A DNA stretch of 32,000 nt, from NCBI RefSeq assembly GCF_007748075.1, contig NZ_CP036280.1:3330001-3362000 (forward strand). Direction: 5' to 3'. This document shows, piece by piece, positions 30,361-32,000 of this stretch. Position numbers and translations under genes: made by a program. Below the pieces are notes generated by a model. The model did no database searches and was not told where the DNA came from. It saw only the letters and a program-made list of their open reading frames with translations. The stretch is from Mucisphaera calidilacus (GTDB lineage Bacteria; Planctomycetota; Phycisphaerae; Phycisphaerales; Phycisphaeraceae). Position 1 is the first letter of the stretch. Every line of letters begins with the position of its first letter.

Positions 30361-31896
30361 GTGAGCGACCCTTCCAATGCCATCCTGACCAAGATCCTGG
30401 CGACGCTTGGGCCTGCGACGAACACCGAGGAGACGGTGCGTCGGCTGATCGAGGAGGGCGTGCGGGCCTTCCGCATCAATTTCTCACACGGCGATTTCGA
30501 CGGCTTCGATCAGCTGCTGAGCGTGATCCGTCTGACTTCCGACAAGCTCGGGATCCCGGTTGGGGTCCTGGGCGACCTCTGCGGCCCCAAGATCCGGCTG
30601 GGGAAGCTGGACGGAGGCGGTTTTGACGTCGAGACCGGCGACCGTGTGGAGTTCACGACCGAGAGCATCATCGGGCACCGCGATTCGGAGACGGACGTTG
30701 CGGTCTTGGGCACGAATTACCCGCCTTTCGTGCAGGAGGTTGATGCCGGCCAGCGCGTCCTGATCGACGACGGCGCGGTGCGTCTGCTGGCGATCGACCG
30801 GATTGACGGGGAGGATGGCCCGCGGCTGATGTGCCGGGTGACCGAGGGGGGGAGAATCTCGAACAACAAGGGTGTGAACCTGCCTGATTCGAGTGTTTCG
30901 GCGCCGTCGGTGACGGATTACGACCGCCGGTGCCTTGACTGGGCGATCCGCCGCGAGCTGGACTATCTGGCGTTGAGTTTTGTGCGTCAGGCGTCGGACG
31001 TGGAGGACCTGATCGCGTTGATGATGGATCGCGGGCGCGACAACGTGAAGCGCTTCAGCACGACGCGTCTGCCGGTGATCGCGAAGATCGAGACGCCTCA
31101 GGCGATCCGTGACCTGGACCGGATTGTGGAGGTCTCGGACGGGATCATGGTGGCGCGAGGCGACCTGGGCGTGGAGATGGACCTGCCCCGGGTGCCTGTG
31201 ATCCAGAAGCGGATCATCGAGACGTGTCACCGGCTGGGCAAGCCGGTGATCGTGGCGACCCAGATGCTCCAGAGCATGATCGAGCACGCGACGCCGACGC
31301 GAGCGGAGGTGTCTGATGTGGCCAACGCGATCTGCGACGGCGCGGACGCGGTGATGCTCTCGGGCGAGACGGCGATCGGTCGTTTCCCGGTGCAGGCGGT
31401 TTACATCATGAAGCACACGGCGTCGATCACCGAGCGTTTTGTCGCTGAGCTGCCGGAGGCCTACGGCCTGCGTGACACGAACCTGCGCGGGTCGAAGTAC
31501 CGCACGGCGTCGCTGGCGCGCGCGGTCAAGGTGATCGTGGAAGACATCAATCCGCGGTGCGTGGTGATGTGGTCGGAGCTGGGCGGGGGCGCGCGATACC
31601 TGGCGCACAGCCGGCTCCCCGTGCCGATCATCGCGATCAGCTCGAATCTCCAGGCGTTGCGTCAGATGACGCTGCTGCACGGCGTGCTGCCGATGCACAT
31701 GGACCGTCCCGAGGGAACGAGTGAGTTTGTGGATGCTGTCGACAAGCTCTTTATGGCGCGTGGCTGGGGCCAGCAGGGCGACCCGATCGTCTTCGTAAAA
31801 GGCCAGCCCATCGGCGTTCCAGGTGTCACCAACCAGCTGCAGGTTCACTATCTCGGTGACGCGTGCAGGCTGGAGGACGCGCCCGGTCGCGAGTAA
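30361..31896 (+). CDS. pyk: pyruvate kinase
   Basis: TKILATLGPA, FRINFSHG and MVARGDLGVE motifs. GTG 30361 (GGAGA 6 nt upstream) is preferred over the track start GTG 30292, because the homologous N-terminus begins around SDPSNAILTK. Confidence 0.92.
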   Translation: MSDPSNAILTKILATLGPATNTEETVRRLIEEGVRAFRINFSHGDFDGFDQLLSVIRLTSDKLGIPVGVLGDLCGPKIRLGKLDGGGFDVETGDRVEFTTESIIGHRDSETDVAVLGTNYPPFVQEVDAGQRVLIDDGAVRLLAIDRIDGEDGPRLMCRVTEGGRISNNKGVNLPDSSVSAPSVTDYDRRCLDWAIRRELDYLALSFVRQASDVEDLIALMMDRGRDNVKRFSTTRLPVIAKIETPQAIRDLDRIVEVSDGIMVARGDLGVEMDLPRVPVIQKRIIETCHRLGKPVIVATQMLQSMIEHATPTRAEVSDVANAICDGADAVMLSGETAIGRFPVQAVYIMKHTASITERFVAELPEAYGLRDTNLRGSKYRTASLARAVKVIVEDINPRCVVMWSELGGGARYLAHSRLPVPIIAISSNLQALRQMTLLHGVLPMHMDRPEGTSEFVDAVDKLFMARGWGQQGDPIVFVKGQPIGVPGVTNQLQVHYLGDACRLEDAPGRE

Positions 31897-31922
31897 ATCG
31901 TTGGTTGGGGTACCATCCGGTC

Positions 31923-32000
31923 ATGAGCACCACGCAACCCCTCGTCGGCGTGATCATGGGCAGCCAGTCCGACTGGCCCACGATGTCCGAAGCGGCGGGC
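31923..32000 (+). CDS. purE: 5-(carboxyamino)imidazole ribonucleotide mutase, 5' fragment (runs off window)
   Basis: MSTTQPLVGVIMGSQSDWPTMSEAAG matches the conserved PurE N-terminus (GxxMGSxSDW). Confidence 0.8.
   Translation, partial: MSTTQPLVGVIMGSQSDWPTMSEAAG

Overview
High-GC (about two-thirds G+C by eye), very gene-dense bacterial chromosomal segment. I call 25 protein-coding genes and see no rRNA, tRNA, CRISPR array, transposase or integrase. The content is mostly core metabolism and proteostasis. In order: the 3' part of a nonulosonic-acid-type sugar cluster (Cys-motif-less radical-SAM-like/SPASM protein, NeuA-like, NeuC-like); an HD-GYP protein; a small GGQ release-factor-like protein; a CPBP intramembrane protease; a lysR-gltB-gltD glutamate synthase unit; a GT4 glycosyltransferase / secreted unknown / PBP4 (DacB) unit; a CbpA-type J-protein; a trypsin-like lipoprotein; clpB; an orphan TrkA-N protein; a LuxR-type regulator; thrS; a class I/II aminotransferase; an excisionase-HTH + B12-binding-domain regulator; trmB; a PrcB-like lipoprotein; a DUF3473-type polysaccharide deacetylase; pyk; and the start of purE. 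Taxon cannot be determined from the sequence alone; the gene repertoire is compatible with a Planctomycetota-like lineage, which is a guess. I find no convincing self-contained novel system such as defence, a mobile element or a biosynthetic cluster. The best leads are: (i) a shared cis-regulatory architecture, GCTGCCA-N4-GGCATG dyad plus a -24/-12 (sigma-54-like) element, upstream of both chaperone genes cbpA-like and clpB; (ii) a CarH-like regulator that keeps the Wx9EH motif but has no histidine in the lower-ligand loop; (iii) a radical-SAM-fold/SPASM protein without the CX3CX2C motif, translationally coupled to NeuA/NeuC homologues; (iv) a LysR regulator whose stop overlaps the gltB start; (v) a ThrRS about 100 aa longer than the E. 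coli enzyme. The many long R/P/H-rich antisense ORFs in the track are GC-content artefacts.
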